64,000 bases of DNA. Origin: an uncultured Spirochaetota bacterium. Its GTDB lineage: Bacteria; Spirochaetota; Brevinematia; Brevinematales; JAOACQ01. The DNA lies in assembly GCA_963768055.1 (NCBI GenBank), contig CAVYGN010000001.1:1344001-1408000 (forward strand). Direction: 5' to 3'. This document shows positions 18,834 to 28,908 of this stretch, piece by piece. The position numbers were made by a program, and so were the translations under genes. A model generated the notes under the pieces. The model saw only the letters and a program-made list of their open reading frames with translations, did not search any database and was not told where the DNA came from. Numbering within the stretch: the first letter of the stretch is position 1; the number at the start of each line of letters is the position of its first letter.

Positions 18834-21320
18834 TTATTTCTGTCTGCCGGAAAAATTGCCGAGTAAAGAAAAGACGAAAGACTGGTATCCCAGGCTCTCG
18901 AGTTGGTAATTTTCCAGGAATTGGATCATTCCCACCTTATTGTTCGCGCCGATTTTGCTATAAATAAGACTCATGTGGCCTTTAACGGTGCTTTCAGTAA
19001 TGAAGAGCTGTTCTGCTATTTCTTTGATTTTTTTTCCCTGTAGGGTGAGCAGCATTACTTCTTCCTCACGCCTGGTGATATGATACTTTTGATAAAATTC
19101 AGGGTCGGGATAAATGGCTGATATCATCAGGGGTTTTACATCTATAGCATTCCAGCGAAAACCTTCAAATTCTCCGGATTCATTGTTTATAGGCGCTATA
19201 TGGATGAGCATGGTAGTGGCCACAGCGTTTTTAACCCTGATACGGAATTCGCCGCGGGCAGCTTTACCTGTCTCTTTTACAGAATCAAGGGCCGTTTTCA
19301 TACGGGCCCTGTCTTCTTCCACAATAAAGTCTAATGAATTATGGGTTTCTAATGAATCCTTCAATATCAATGTATCATAACCGGACTGGTTTAAAAAACA
19401 CACATTATTGGCCGGATCAGTTTCCAGTATGATCGTAGGCAGGAAAAGGGCCATATCCCGGAAACGGGACTCGCTTGCCCTTAAGGCGTCTATAGCCGTT
19501 TTCATCTTCTCCTCAGCCTCTCGGCGTTTCTGGAAAAGCTGGGATGTGTACATGGCTATGCTGAACTGTTCACGCAAGGTATCGAATAATATTTCATCCA
19601 GTCCGTTGATCTCCATAGCGATATAGCCGTACTGGATTTCCCTTATAAATAAAGCCATGAAAACAAGCTGGTACCTCTTGTCTTTTTCTATCAATCCTTC
19701 GGGAAGAATTTCATTTACCTGGAAAACCAGGCCGCCTGAGGGCAAAACTTTCCTGCCGTTTTCATCATAGGCTAACTTGATAATACCATCCACAGGAAGT
19801 CGAATATCATTTTCTGAAGCCGTGAAAGGTTCCCTGTATTCCACGATAAACACACGGACCAGGCCGAACCTCGGCAGGTTTTCTGCCAGGGAATCAATCC
19901 ATTTTCCGGGATTCGGTTCCGAATGAATTGATAGGATGATATTCCTGAGTTCAAAGAGGTAATCCAAAATAGTCCGCAGGCGAATTTCCTCTCTCCTGAT
20001 ACCCCATTGCGCGCTTATTCCCTGGGCATTCTGAAAAATATCCTCGGCGAATGACCGCAATTTCGGATCTGTGATCAATCCCAAGATATTAATTCGAAGA
20101 ATGGACAGGATTTTCTGCCATGATTGTATCGAATTCGGCCATTGGGCCGGACGGATCAGGATTTCATTTAAAATAAATAAAAATATGGCTGGTGTTTTCC
20201 TGGACTTAAAATCCAGAAAAAGTGAATCAATCAGCGAATTGATGCTGGATATAATTGTATTATAATAAGCGGATGGAGGTTTGACTTCCTGCAGTATTTC
20301 GGCAGTTATACTTTCACGGATTGCCTTTATATTATTTTCAAACCGGATAACTTCTTGTTTGCGGTTTCGGCTTTTCTCAAGGATCCCGTCCTGGCTGTTC
20401 GATTGAAACGGGATTCCGGCGGCCTGAAAAGGCAGATGAAAACAGCCACAGGATTCCCGGATAACGAATCCGGGTTTGATTATTGTCCTTTTAGGCGGGA
20501 CGATTCCATTTAAAATGTTTTCAAGTATTTCGCAAGCCTTGTATGCCTGTTCCTCAATCGGCTGATGTATTGTTGTTAGAGGAGGGTTCATCATCCGGGC
20601 GTCGCTTATATCATCAAATCCTGTAAGGGCAATGTCCTTGGGAATATTGATATCCAGTTCAGAGAAGCTGCGGTTTACAGCATAGGCCATATCATCGTTG
20701 GCGCAAACCAGCGCCTCAAAAGGGATTTTGTTTTTTAAAATATTCCTTGCCACTTCTTCGCCGGACCTGTAGCTGAAATCCCCCTGGTATATCAGTTCCG
20801 GCGGGACAGGAAGATCATGTCTTTCCATGGCCTTTAGATAGCCCTTATAGCGTTCTTCAGCCTCATAATTGGATTTGTTGCCTTTCAGGAAGGCTATCCA
20901 CTTATAGCCATGCGTGTCGATCAAATGGCTTACCAGCTCTTCCATAGCGGATCTGTTTTCGGAGAAAACTCCCGGAATACCCGGTATTTCTTTTGCAATT
21001 GAAACCAGCGGCAAAGGCTCAAACATGCTGCAAATGGCTTTCAATTCATCTGTCTGTATATAATTGCCGATTATCCCTGAAGCGATGATTAGACCGTCCA
21101 ATTTTCCCGAATCAGCTAGGCGGTAGACCGTGTTATACTGCTCGTCCGAGGGGACCGGCGAATTGTAAGAACGGCCGGAAAACACGAGGAGGTTGATATC
21201 ATGGCTGTTTGAATATTCTTTAAAGCCTTCAAGGAGAAGAATCTGATACCTGCCCTCAATCTGGTTGATTAAAACGCCAAAAGTTTTTCTTTTATTTTGG
21301 AAATTGCCAGGCTTTAACAT
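18834..21320 (-). CDS. Transcriptional regulator: LacI-type sugar-binding domain + PAS + C-terminal LuxR HTH
   Basis: LVCANDDMA, GFDDI, PPLTTIHQP and VIRESCGC; PAS-like segment; ITRREEEV..IAEQLFITESTVKGH. Confidence 0.85.
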   Translation of the reverse strand: MLKPGNFQNKRKTFGVLINQIEGRYQILLLEGFKEYSNSHDINLLVFSGRSYNSPVPSDEQYNTVYRLADSGKLDGLIIASGIIGNYIQTDELKAICSMFEPLPLVSIAKEIPGIPGVFSENRSAMEELVSHLIDTHGYKWIAFLKGNKSNYEAEERYKGYLKAMERHDLPVPPELIYQGDFSYRSGEEVARNILKNKIPFEALVCANDDMAYAVNRSFSELDINIPKDIALTGFDDISDARMMNPPLTTIHQPIEEQAYKACEILENILNGIVPPKRTIIKPGFVIRESCGCFHLPFQAAGIPFQSNSQDGILEKSRNRKQEVIRFENNIKAIRESITAEILQEVKPPSAYYNTIISSINSLIDSLFLDFKSRKTPAIFLFILNEILIRPAQWPNSIQSWQKILSILRINILGLITDPKLRSFAEDIFQNAQGISAQWGIRREEIRLRTILDYLFELRNIILSIHSEPNPGKWIDSLAENLPRFGLVRVFIVEYREPFTASENDIRLPVDGIIKLAYDENGRKVLPSGGLVFQVNEILPEGLIEKDKRYQLVFMALFIREIQYGYIAMEINGLDEILFDTLREQFSIAMYTSQLFQKRREAEEKMKTAIDALRASESRFRDMALFLPTIILETDPANNVCFLNQSGYDTLILKDSLETHNSLDFIVEEDRARMKTALDSVKETGKAARGEFRIRVKNAVATTMLIHIAPINNESGEFEGFRWNAIDVKPLMISAIYPDPEFYQKYHITRREEEVMLLTLQGKKIKEIAEQLFITESTVKGHMSLIYSKIGANNKVGMIQFLENYQLESLGYQSFVFSLLGNFSGRQK

Positions 21321-21417
21321 AAGAAAGCGGACCCTTAACCCGGATTATACATTCTGAAAACATTTATAAACTATTATAATCATTTATTTTTATTTGAGCA
21401 ACTTATTCCAGTACTTT

Positions 21418-21453
21418 GGGTATGGGTAAAAAGACAAACCCCAGGTATCGGAT
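21418..21453 (-). promoter_or_regulatory. Candidate operator, copy 2 (upstream of the regulator gene)
   Basis: GTATGGGTAAAAAGACAAACCCCAGGTATCG; AGACAA lies 59 bp from a minus-strand TATAAT (21373-21378). Confidence 0.55.
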
Positions 21454-21545
21454 TCCAATATTCCTTGAATAATCAAAGCCTGTTCATCATTCTCTTTCGT
21501 TATATAAGGTATAAAAGTTAATTCGGGTTCGTCGCTAAGGAGATT

Positions 21546-22475
21546 TTATCCTTTGATCCCTCCGGAGAGACCTTCGATGAAATATCTCTGGAAGATCAGG
21601 AAAATAAGAATCGGTATGAGAGAAAACAGGAACCCTGTTGCCATGATAAGGTCAGGAACCTTATCGATACTGTTTGCATTCAGGGCGGCAACTGCTATAG
21701 GTATGGTGTAAAGGCTGTTATTGTCAAGCATAATTATAGGAATTATAAAATCATTCCATACCCCCCTGAACTGGAAGATAGAAAGAGCCGCCAGAGCCGG
21801 GGTTGATAACGGAAGGATTATATTCCACCATATCTTGAGATTGCTGGCGCCGTCAATCTTGGCCGATTCAATCAGGGAATATGGAAGCTTAATATAGAAC
21901 TGCCTCATGAGAAATACCCCTACGGCTGATACTCCGCCTGGCAAGATCAGGCCAAGCATATTGTTTCTAAGATGCAAAGTTAGCATGAGCTTATAATACG
22001 GCGAAAGCATTGTAACCGTCGGAAGCATAAAACTAAGAAGTATGAAGTAAAAAAAGAAATCTTTATACGGGAACTTCAGGAAAGCAAATGAGTACGCACA
22101 AAGAGAGCACAGGAGGAGAGTCAATACTGTCGTACCTATGGCGATTATGATGGAATTCATGAAAGATAAACCCAGGTTAATCCCATGCGGCGCAGTAAAT
22201 ACATTAATAAAATTCTGCAGGCTATAACTTCCGAAGTGGGGCCAACCCCTGGTGAATTCCATGAAGCGCGGCGGTATATTGAACATCTCGATTTTGGGAC
22301 GTAAGGAACAGTCTGCAAGCCAGACAATAGGATATAAAAAAAGCAGAGAGAAAAGGAACAAAACGGCCAATCCTATAATATTCCCGGTACTTAACCTTAT
22401 GTGTTTCTTATTCGAGTTTACTATCGCTCTTTCAAGTGAAAATTCCGGAGTATTTTTCATATTATTATTATCCAT
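21546..22475 (-). CDS. Carbohydrate ABC transporter permease (MalG-like)
   Basis: LIESAKIDGAS; WNDF; FQRYFIEGLSGGIKG. Confidence 0.9.
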   Translation of the reverse strand: MDNNNMKNTPEFSLERAIVNSNKKHIRLSTGNIIGLAVLFLFSLLFLYPIVWLADCSLRPKIEMFNIPPRFMEFTRGWPHFGSYSLQNFINVFTAPHGINLGLSFMNSIIIAIGTTVLTLLLCSLCAYSFAFLKFPYKDFFFYFILLSFMLPTVTMLSPYYKLMLTLHLRNNMLGLILPGGVSAVGVFLMRQFYIKLPYSLIESAKIDGASNLKIWWNIILPLSTPALAALSIFQFRGVWNDFIIPIIMLDNNSLYTIPIAVAALNANSIDKVPDLIMATGFLFSLIPILIFLIFQRYFIEGLSGGIKG

Positions 22476-22478
22476 AAA

Positions 22479-23471
22479 TTATTCCTCCTCGCGGCTTGAA
22501 CCAAGCCCGAGAAGTCTTACCTGTATAAGGTTTATAACAACTATAAAAGCAAAAACAAACCAGCCTGCTGCGGATGCCATACCAATCCTTGCCGGGGTAG
22601 TGTCAAAAGCCAAAAAGTAAATATAAGGCATGAAAGCCCTTGCCGAATTAGCAGGCCCGAATATACCGACACCGGCAGGAAATATAACATATATTATATC
22701 AAAAACCAGGAGGCCCCCGACCATTTGTGTCATCAGCACAAAAGCAAGAGCCGGCCTCATCAGGGGTAAAGTTATATTAAGAAGGACCTGAGACGGTCTG
22801 GCTCCATCAATCCTCGCGGCCTCGTAAAGATTTGGATCGATGGTCTGCAGCTGGGAGAGGAAATAGACCATGTGATAACCGGTCCATTGCCAGAAAGATA
22901 CGATAATCAGTATCGGGATAACGAGGTTCTTCTCCTGTCCCCAGGATATAGGTATTAAAAGGTGTGTATCGGGGTTGACCTTTAATATTCCAAGAAGGCC
23001 AAGAAAATAGTTAATAATACCCTGATCGGGATTAAAAAATTGGCCTAATATCCATGCCGCTATTACTGAACTTATTATGCATGGTATAAAAAAGGCCGTC
23101 CTTATTGCAGACTGTAGCTTTTTATATGGTATACTATTGAGAATAAAAGCCAGAACGAATGCAACCGGGATCTGTGTAACAAGGCAACCTAATTCGAATT
23201 TGAAAGTGATAATTGCCGAATTAAATAAATCGCCACCTGAAATCAGGTCTTTCCAGATTTGCACATAATTTCCAAAACCAATAAATTTCGGAGTATTGAT
23301 GGCGCTTGCATCAGTCAGTGAGAGGTAAAATCCCGAGATAAACACATACAGCTGGAAGACAATAACACCGATCATGAACGGGGCAATAAAGATAAAGCCG
23401 TCAAGACCTTCGCGGAAATCCTTTTTCAGAAAGATATTATCTTTTCCTTTACCGGTCAAGGCATTTTCCAT
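22479..23471 (-). CDS. Carbohydrate ABC transporter permease (MalF-like)
   Basis: LYEAARIDGA; FIGFGNY; start placed at the ATG following GGAG. Confidence 0.88.
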   Translation of the reverse strand: MENALTGKGKDNIFLKKDFREGLDGFIFIAPFMIGVIVFQLYVFISGFYLSLTDASAINTPKFIGFGNYVQIWKDLISGGDLFNSAIITFKFELGCLVTQIPVAFVLAFILNSIPYKKLQSAIRTAFFIPCIISSVIAAWILGQFFNPDQGIINYFLGLLGILKVNPDTHLLIPISWGQEKNLVIPILIIVSFWQWTGYHMVYFLSQLQTIDPNLYEAARIDGARPSQVLLNITLPLMRPALAFVLMTQMVGGLLVFDIIYVIFPAGVGIFGPANSARAFMPYIYFLAFDTTPARIGMASAAGWFVFAFIVVINLIQVRLLGLGSSREEE

Positions 23472-23527
23472 TAAAAAGCTCCTAATACACAAATTTATAG
23501 CCTAATTAAAGATAAATTAGTGTTTAT

Positions 23528-24874
23528 TTACAATACCCTGTTTGACCTTATAACAGCAGAATAATATTTCCCGCTTAATTTGACGGTCCTTGCCAGGTTA
23601 GAGTAATTAACCCTGACAATGCCGAACCGCTTGGTAAAGCCCCAGGCCCATTCAAAATTATCCATAAGGCTCCATACAAAATATCCTTTAAGATTTATGC
23701 CGTCCCGGATTGCCCTTGAACACATTTCAAGGTGTGCTCTGAGATACTCAACCCTGTCGATATCAAGAACTTCGCCGTTATCTGTCTCAACATCATCACA
23801 TGCCATCCCGTTTTCAGATATGTACATGGGAATTTCAGGGAAATATTCCTTTGAATGCTTCAATATATAATACAGAGATTTGGGAGAAACTTCCCAGCCC
23901 AAATCCGACCTCGGATAGCTTTTTGGCATGGGAATTATTTCATATCCGGCTTCGTTATTGCCGGCTCGTACAGGATCGCCGCAATAGACATTGTAGCTTA
24001 TAAAATCGAGCTTCTGGCCGATCAATTTCATTTCTTCATCTGTATGATCCGCCATATTTTCCCCTTCGAAATCTGAAAATATTTTATCGTATTTCCCGGT
24101 CATAAGGGGAAATAGTATCTGCTTGTTCCTGTCCCGGAACGCCTTCGATGCTGCCTCAATATTCTCCCCGGATTCATAAACAGGCCATGCATGGAAGGGA
24201 ATATCGATAAGCCCGATTGATATTTTGTTTTTATTTGAAGCCCTGATTGCACTCACTGCCAAACCATGGCCCAGCAGGGCGTTATGTATAGTCTGGTTCA
24301 AGATTTTCCTGGGCTCGATTTTACCAGGTGCATGCCTATCGTAGGCATGTGCAAGCACTGTAAAGCAGGGGATCTCGTTCATTGTCGCCCATAATTTTAT
24401 CCTGTCGGATAGTTTTTCAGTAATAAGGGCCGAATAATCAGCAAAAATTTTTGAAACATCCTTGTTTCTCCACCCGCCGTATTTATCCTCGAGGGCTTGG
24501 GGCATATCCCAATGATAGAGGGTAGCAAGCGGTTCAATCCCGGCTTTCAGAAGTTCATCTGTAAGTCTGCTGTAAAAATCAATACCTTTTAAATTCAAAG
24601 AGCCTTCGCCTTCAGGAAAGATCCTGGGCCATGCAATAGAAAACCTGTATGAATTTAAGCCGATATCCTTCATCAGGGATACATCTTCCCTGTAAAGGTG
24701 GTAATGGTCGCAAGCCCTGTCACCGGTATCGTTGTTCAATGTCTTGCCGGGTCTCCTGGCGAAAGTGTCCCATACCGACATACCCCTTCCGTCTTTATTA
24801 TAAGCGCCTTCGATCTGGTAGGCAGAAGTTGCAGCCCCCCACAAAAAATCCCCGGGGAAAGTGAAAGAGCTCAT
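23528..24874 (-). CDS. GH1 beta-glucosidase
   Basis: FPGDFLWGAATSAYQIEG, TMNEI, YISENG and WSLMDNFEW. Confidence 0.95.
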   Translation of the reverse strand: MSSFTFPGDFLWGAATSAYQIEGAYNKDGRGMSVWDTFARRPGKTLNNDTGDRACDHYHLYREDVSLMKDIGLNSYRFSIAWPRIFPEGEGSLNLKGIDFYSRLTDELLKAGIEPLATLYHWDMPQALEDKYGGWRNKDVSKIFADYSALITEKLSDRIKLWATMNEIPCFTVLAHAYDRHAPGKIEPRKILNQTIHNALLGHGLAVSAIRASNKNKISIGLIDIPFHAWPVYESGENIEAASKAFRDRNKQILFPLMTGKYDKIFSDFEGENMADHTDEEMKLIGQKLDFISYNVYCGDPVRAGNNEAGYEIIPMPKSYPRSDLGWEVSPKSLYYILKHSKEYFPEIPMYISENGMACDDVETDNGEVLDIDRVEYLRAHLEMCSRAIRDGINLKGYFVWSLMDNFEWAWGFTKRFGIVRVNYSNLARTVKLSGKYYSAVIRSNRVL

Positions 24875-25041
24875 AATATCTCCTAGATGTACCGGCAGTG
24901 CGGATCAGGTGCAACACTAATATTCCATCCATTGTTCATCCTTTTCATGTTGACCATCCTAAATATATATGATTAATATGATTATTTTTGATCAGAACAG
25001 GTTTTATTATAAAACAGGTGAAGATCCGTTTAAAGAACCGG

Positions 25042-25075
25042 GAGGATGGATTTCAGACAAACCTTAGGTATGGAT
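25042..25075 (-). promoter_or_regulatory. Candidate operator, copy 3 (upstream of the GH1-permease operon)
   Basis: GGATGGATTTCAGACAAACCTTAGGTATGG; AGACAA lies 49 bp from a minus-strand TATAAT (25006-25011). Confidence 0.6.
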
Positions 25076-25234
25076 TTTGATAGAAGCCGCCGATAAAATT
25101 ATTTCTGCTTTCCTGAAAAATTATTGAGCAGAGAAAAGGCCACCTTTCCCAAAAAGCATGTATTTAGAATCATCCCTTTTGAGAATGAAATTATTCAAAA
25201 TGAATTTATATATAGGGGTGGCATAAAGGAGCCT

Positions 25235-25650
25235 CTACACATCTGCGTAAGTGTTTCTGTCCTCATCAGTCAAACTCTCGTCCTCCCAGTTCCTGGAAAG
25301 CCAGTTGTCAAACTCGGCATCATTGTATAATGTCAGATTCATGCCGGTACCTCCTCTTTTTTCTGTTCTCTCAGGTAATTTAGGATTTTGAATGCTTCGG
25401 GTAATGTAAGCTGCATAAAATGCCCTTTTCCCTCATGCATTACAAGATCATTGACATAGCCCACATTATTGCCGCAGAGGTCAAGCACCTGGCTGTAAAG
25501 TTGTTTTAAGGCCTTTGCGTCAGCTTCATACTGAATTTCCTGTTTGGTTTTTGCTGCTCTTGTGGATTTGGGTTTTTCTTCAACTGGAATGCGCTTTCAT
25601 CATCACTTTCAGCGGTCTATCCATCCAGCATATCTTCAGCCGGTTTACTG
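25235..25650 (-). pseudogene. Decayed phage-like gene fragments next to the tRNA
   Basis: A start-less frame IPVEEKPKSTRAAK...YLREQKKEEVPA* overlaps (ATGA) a 35-aa ORF MNLTLYNDAEFDNWLSRNWEDE... that has RBS GAGGAGG. Confidence 0.4.
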
Positions 25651-25796
25651 CTTTTTGTCCGGAGAGAGAATTTGATAGTTTCATTACCAATATTTGAAAC
25701 GAGCATAATAAAACACTGATTTTGATTTCACTAATCCCATACTTGCTATAACATACCGGTTCTGCAATTAGCTTATTTGCTTATGTGGTAAGTATT

Positions 25797-25870
<74 letters not shown>

Positions 25871-25945
25871 GATACCTGCCCGGTCCGATATTTTAATTTG
25901 GCTTCCATGTAAAGTCAAATTCGTTCCACCCGGGATATTCTCCGC

Positions 25946-26884
25946 CTAGCTTATATAAACGGTTTCTTCAATAAACCATTTATAAACCCTGACCATTCCC
26001 CAGGGCAGATAAAATCCGAGGGTTATAATCGTGAGCAAAACCTGCCCCCAGATCAGGAGAAAACCGCTTCCGGCTTTCCCCTTGAATTCAAAATGCCCTT
26101 TTGTTTGGCCGTTTCCCTGTATTTGAGTTAGTGAAGCGAAATAACTGTAAATCCTGACAAATGCGGCAGGCCAGTAAATGAAAACGGTTATTAAAGTCAG
26201 GAGGGCCTGCCCGAGCATGAAACCGACGGAGGGCCAGAATTCCGTATTCCACCTTGTGTTCAGGCCGTTCCAGGAGGTGTTGTCGAACATCCACTGGTAA
26301 ATCTTATACATAAACGGTATGAAAAGGATCTGTGAAAGGACCTGGTTAAAAACCCTGTAATTAACGGCCGTTGAATATTCCCTGAAAAACGCGCTTAAAG
26401 CGGCAATTATTACTACAGGAATATAAAAAGCCCAGAGCATGGTTACGAAGAGTTTGCCGCCATTGCCGTTAAATTCCGGCCTCTTTCCATCGTATTCGAT
26501 ATTTGTTAAAATATAATTCATGATCCTCCTGATATACCATGGCATATAAATCGTAAGCGTTATAATTGTCAAAAAAATACCGAGAAGGTTCATTCCGATA
26601 AAGGAGGGGATGTTCCCATGAAAGGAGAACTGTTTATTATCAAAAGCGATATTATTGATAAACTTGCGGTAAAAAGGTATCACCCAGCCAATTATAGCCA
26701 GTATAACAATAACGAATACCCCCGCTGCAGGGATGATGACCGAAACGCCGGGTGTATTGCCCTCAACTGTGTTTACACCGATATAAGCCGCGAGGCAGAT
26801 CATGGCGGCAATTATGACGTAAACAAAGAGAAAAAGCAGGAACCAGCCCTTCCCGGTCAGAGAGAATTTGAAAGTTTTCTGCAT
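25946..26884 (-). CDS. DUF898 / YjgN-family inner membrane protein
   Basis: Repeated LTIITLxIYxPW motifs, each preceded by F.F.G. Confidence 0.8.
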   Translation of the reverse strand: MQKTFKFSLTGKGWFLLFLFVYVIIAAMICLAAYIGVNTVEGNTPGVSVIIPAAGVFVIVILAIIGWVIPFYRKFINNIAFDNKQFSFHGNIPSFIGMNLLGIFLTIITLTIYMPWYIRRIMNYILTNIEYDGKRPEFNGNGGKLFVTMLWAFYIPVVIIAALSAFFREYSTAVNYRVFNQVLSQILFIPFMYKIYQWMFDNTSWNGLNTRWNTEFWPSVGFMLGQALLTLITVFIYWPAAFVRIYSYFASLTQIQGNGQTKGHFEFKGKAGSGFLLIWGQVLLTIITLGFYLPWGMVRVYKWFIEETVYIS

Positions 26885-27024
26885 ATCGCACCTCCTTTGT
26901 TTGAAACATTATATTATCACAAAATTGCGGATTGGTAAAATTATTTATTCCCAAAATAGGCGGCCGGCCCCGATTTGTCTTTTTCATCCATTTATATTAT
27001 AATTTGTGATGAACCTGGGGGAGA

Positions 27025-27957
27025 ATGATGAAGTTAAACACATGGCTCAATAACGAATTGCCTGCTGTAGCCAATAAGCTCGAGAAATTGAGCATTCAAA
27101 ATGTAACGAACGAAAACACCATCGGGTTCGCGGGCAAGGAATCGGTATATAGAATTATCAGGGAACTTAGAGGGGCGCTGTTTCCCGGGGCGTACGACGA
27201 ACAGCTTTTCGATAAGACCAGGCTGAATATACTGGTCGGGAACCTCCTTAGAGAGGCTGCGATCGATCTTTCGTATATTATAGAAAAGACTTTCGTTTAC
27301 TACTGCGAGAAGGGGCTCTGTGACGATTGCGACTGCAAGGAAAAGGCCGGAGAGATTACCATAGAGCTTCTTGATAATCTTCCGGCCATAAGGAACGACC
27401 TCCAGAAAGACATAATCGCGGCCTATAACGGAGACCCTGCCGCAAAGCTGGAAGAGGAGATTATTTTAAGCTACCCTTCCATAGAAGCCTTAAGTATATA
27501 TCGCATCGCGCATTTTCTGTGCGTAAAAGACGTGCCGGTCATTCCCAGAATAATGTCGGAGTACGCACACCAGAAAACAGGGATCGATATTCATCCGGGT
27601 GCAAAGATCGGTTCCTCCTTTTTTGTAGATCATGGAACAGGCACCGTGATCGGCGAAACCTGCACAATCGGGAATAATGTCAAGCTTTACCAGGGTGTAA
27701 CCCTCGGCGCAAAAAGTTTTCCCCTTGATGAAAACGGGCATCCTGTAAAGAACCTCAAGAGGCATCCGGATATTGAAGACAACGTGGTAATCTACTCCGG
27801 GGCGACAATACTCGGCGGAGATACGAGGATCGGGCATGACTCTGTCATCGGCGGCAATGTCTGGCTGACACACTCGGTCCCGCCCTATACTACCGTTTAT
27901 AACGCCCAGCCGACCCCGCTTATCAAGCAGAAGAAACACTTTAAAGTGTCGGCTTAA
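27025..27957 (+). CDS. cysE: Serine O-acetyltransferase (long EpsC-type)
   Basis: AAYNGDPAA, TGIDIHPGA, FVDHGTGTVIGET, YQGVTLG and KRHP. Confidence 0.9.
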   Translation: MMKLNTWLNNELPAVANKLEKLSIQNVTNENTIGFAGKESVYRIIRELRGALFPGAYDEQLFDKTRLNILVGNLLREAAIDLSYIIEKTFVYYCEKGLCDDCDCKEKAGEITIELLDNLPAIRNDLQKDIIAAYNGDPAAKLEEEIILSYPSIEALSIYRIAHFLCVKDVPVIPRIMSEYAHQKTGIDIHPGAKIGSSFFVDHGTGTVIGETCTIGNNVKLYQGVTLGAKSFPLDENGHPVKNLKRHPDIEDNVVIYSGATILGGDTRIGHDSVIGGNVWLTHSVPPYTTVYNAQPTPLIKQKKHFKVSA

Positions 27958-27985
27958 TATCGCTTCAAAGGAAACAACCGGTCAA

Positions 27986-28040
27986 AATCACAGATTCCAC
28001 AGAAAACACTGATTAGTTTTTTTAAAATCAGTGAAATCTT
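27986..28040. repeat. Left member of an inverted-repeat pair (10-bp-periodic CACAGAT-type REP-like element)
   Basis: 27986-28013 matches the reverse complement of 39502-39529 at 23/28 positions. Confidence 0.65.
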
Positions 28041-28093
28041 GTTATAATTTTATTTTATTATTTATACCTATGCAGTTGATTCATGTAAATTTA

Positions 28094-28402
28094 TTAATTT
28101 AATACTTGTTCTATTAAATGTTCCTTTAGTATTTTAAAAAATTCATTATATTTAACTTGCCAATCTTCATCTGAAATTATTTTTCTATTTCCAAAATCAT
28201 CATATTCCTCATGCTCTGTAATCCAATAATCAACTATTTTCTCAATTTCAGGATTATTTAATTTCCCTTCTTTTTTTAAATTTTTTATTTGATCCATATT
28301 TAGAAATATTCCTAAATCATTGATTACACCCCATACTTCGTATTTCATTTCTTTGGAGTTAGTTTCAATTTTAATTACAACAATTAAAGTTATAATTGCA
28401 TG
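28094..28402 (-). pseudogene. Probable 3' half of the AT-rich gene split by the integrative element
   Basis: Frame stays open from the att core (28402) to the stop at 28094; internal ATG at 28348. Confidence 0.5.
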
Positions 28403-28538
28403 TTATTTCATTGTTTTGAATAACTCATTAAATGATAACAAATTATAAACTTAAGGTTCTGAATAGTAACATATCAGTAACATATTTATTAAAATAATGG
28501 GAAAAATGTAAGAATTTTAGTTTTCTGATTCGATAATA

Positions 28539-28796
28539 TTATTGTTTTTCTTCAAGCCGTTTTTCAAAGTCGTCAAAAAAAGTATGCAGTGAAATATTCA
28601 AAGCCTGGCAGATGTTTTTTAATTCAATGAAATCAATTCTTCTAATAAAAGTTTCATATTTACTTACATAAGGCTGATCTGCTTTTAAAAGTCTTGCAAA
28701 ATCACCTTGTGTAATTCCTTTTGATTCTCTATAATCTTTAAGCAGATTAATAAAGATTCTATACTCATTATTGTAAATTGATTTTTGGTACTTCAT
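28539..28796 (-). CDS. XRE-family HTH transcriptional regulator
   Basis: RESKGITQGDFA..DQPYVSKYE..RRID. Confidence 0.85.
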   Translation of the reverse strand: MKYQKSIYNNEYRIFINLLKDYRESKGITQGDFARLLKADQPYVSKYETFIRRIDFIELKNICQALNISLHTFFDDFEKRLEEKQ

Positions 28797-28908
28797 AAAA
28801 ATCCTGTAATTAATAAATGAATCGATAATTATATAAAAACTTTACTAAAATACGATATTCGTATAATATTATTTAAATTTATATTTTTATTGATTAGGGG
28901 GGCACTTT

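Noticed and set aside
25124..25697. + strand ORFs 25124-25330 and 25515-25697
   Set aside because: TTG starts without an RBS. The coding signal in this region is on the minus strand.
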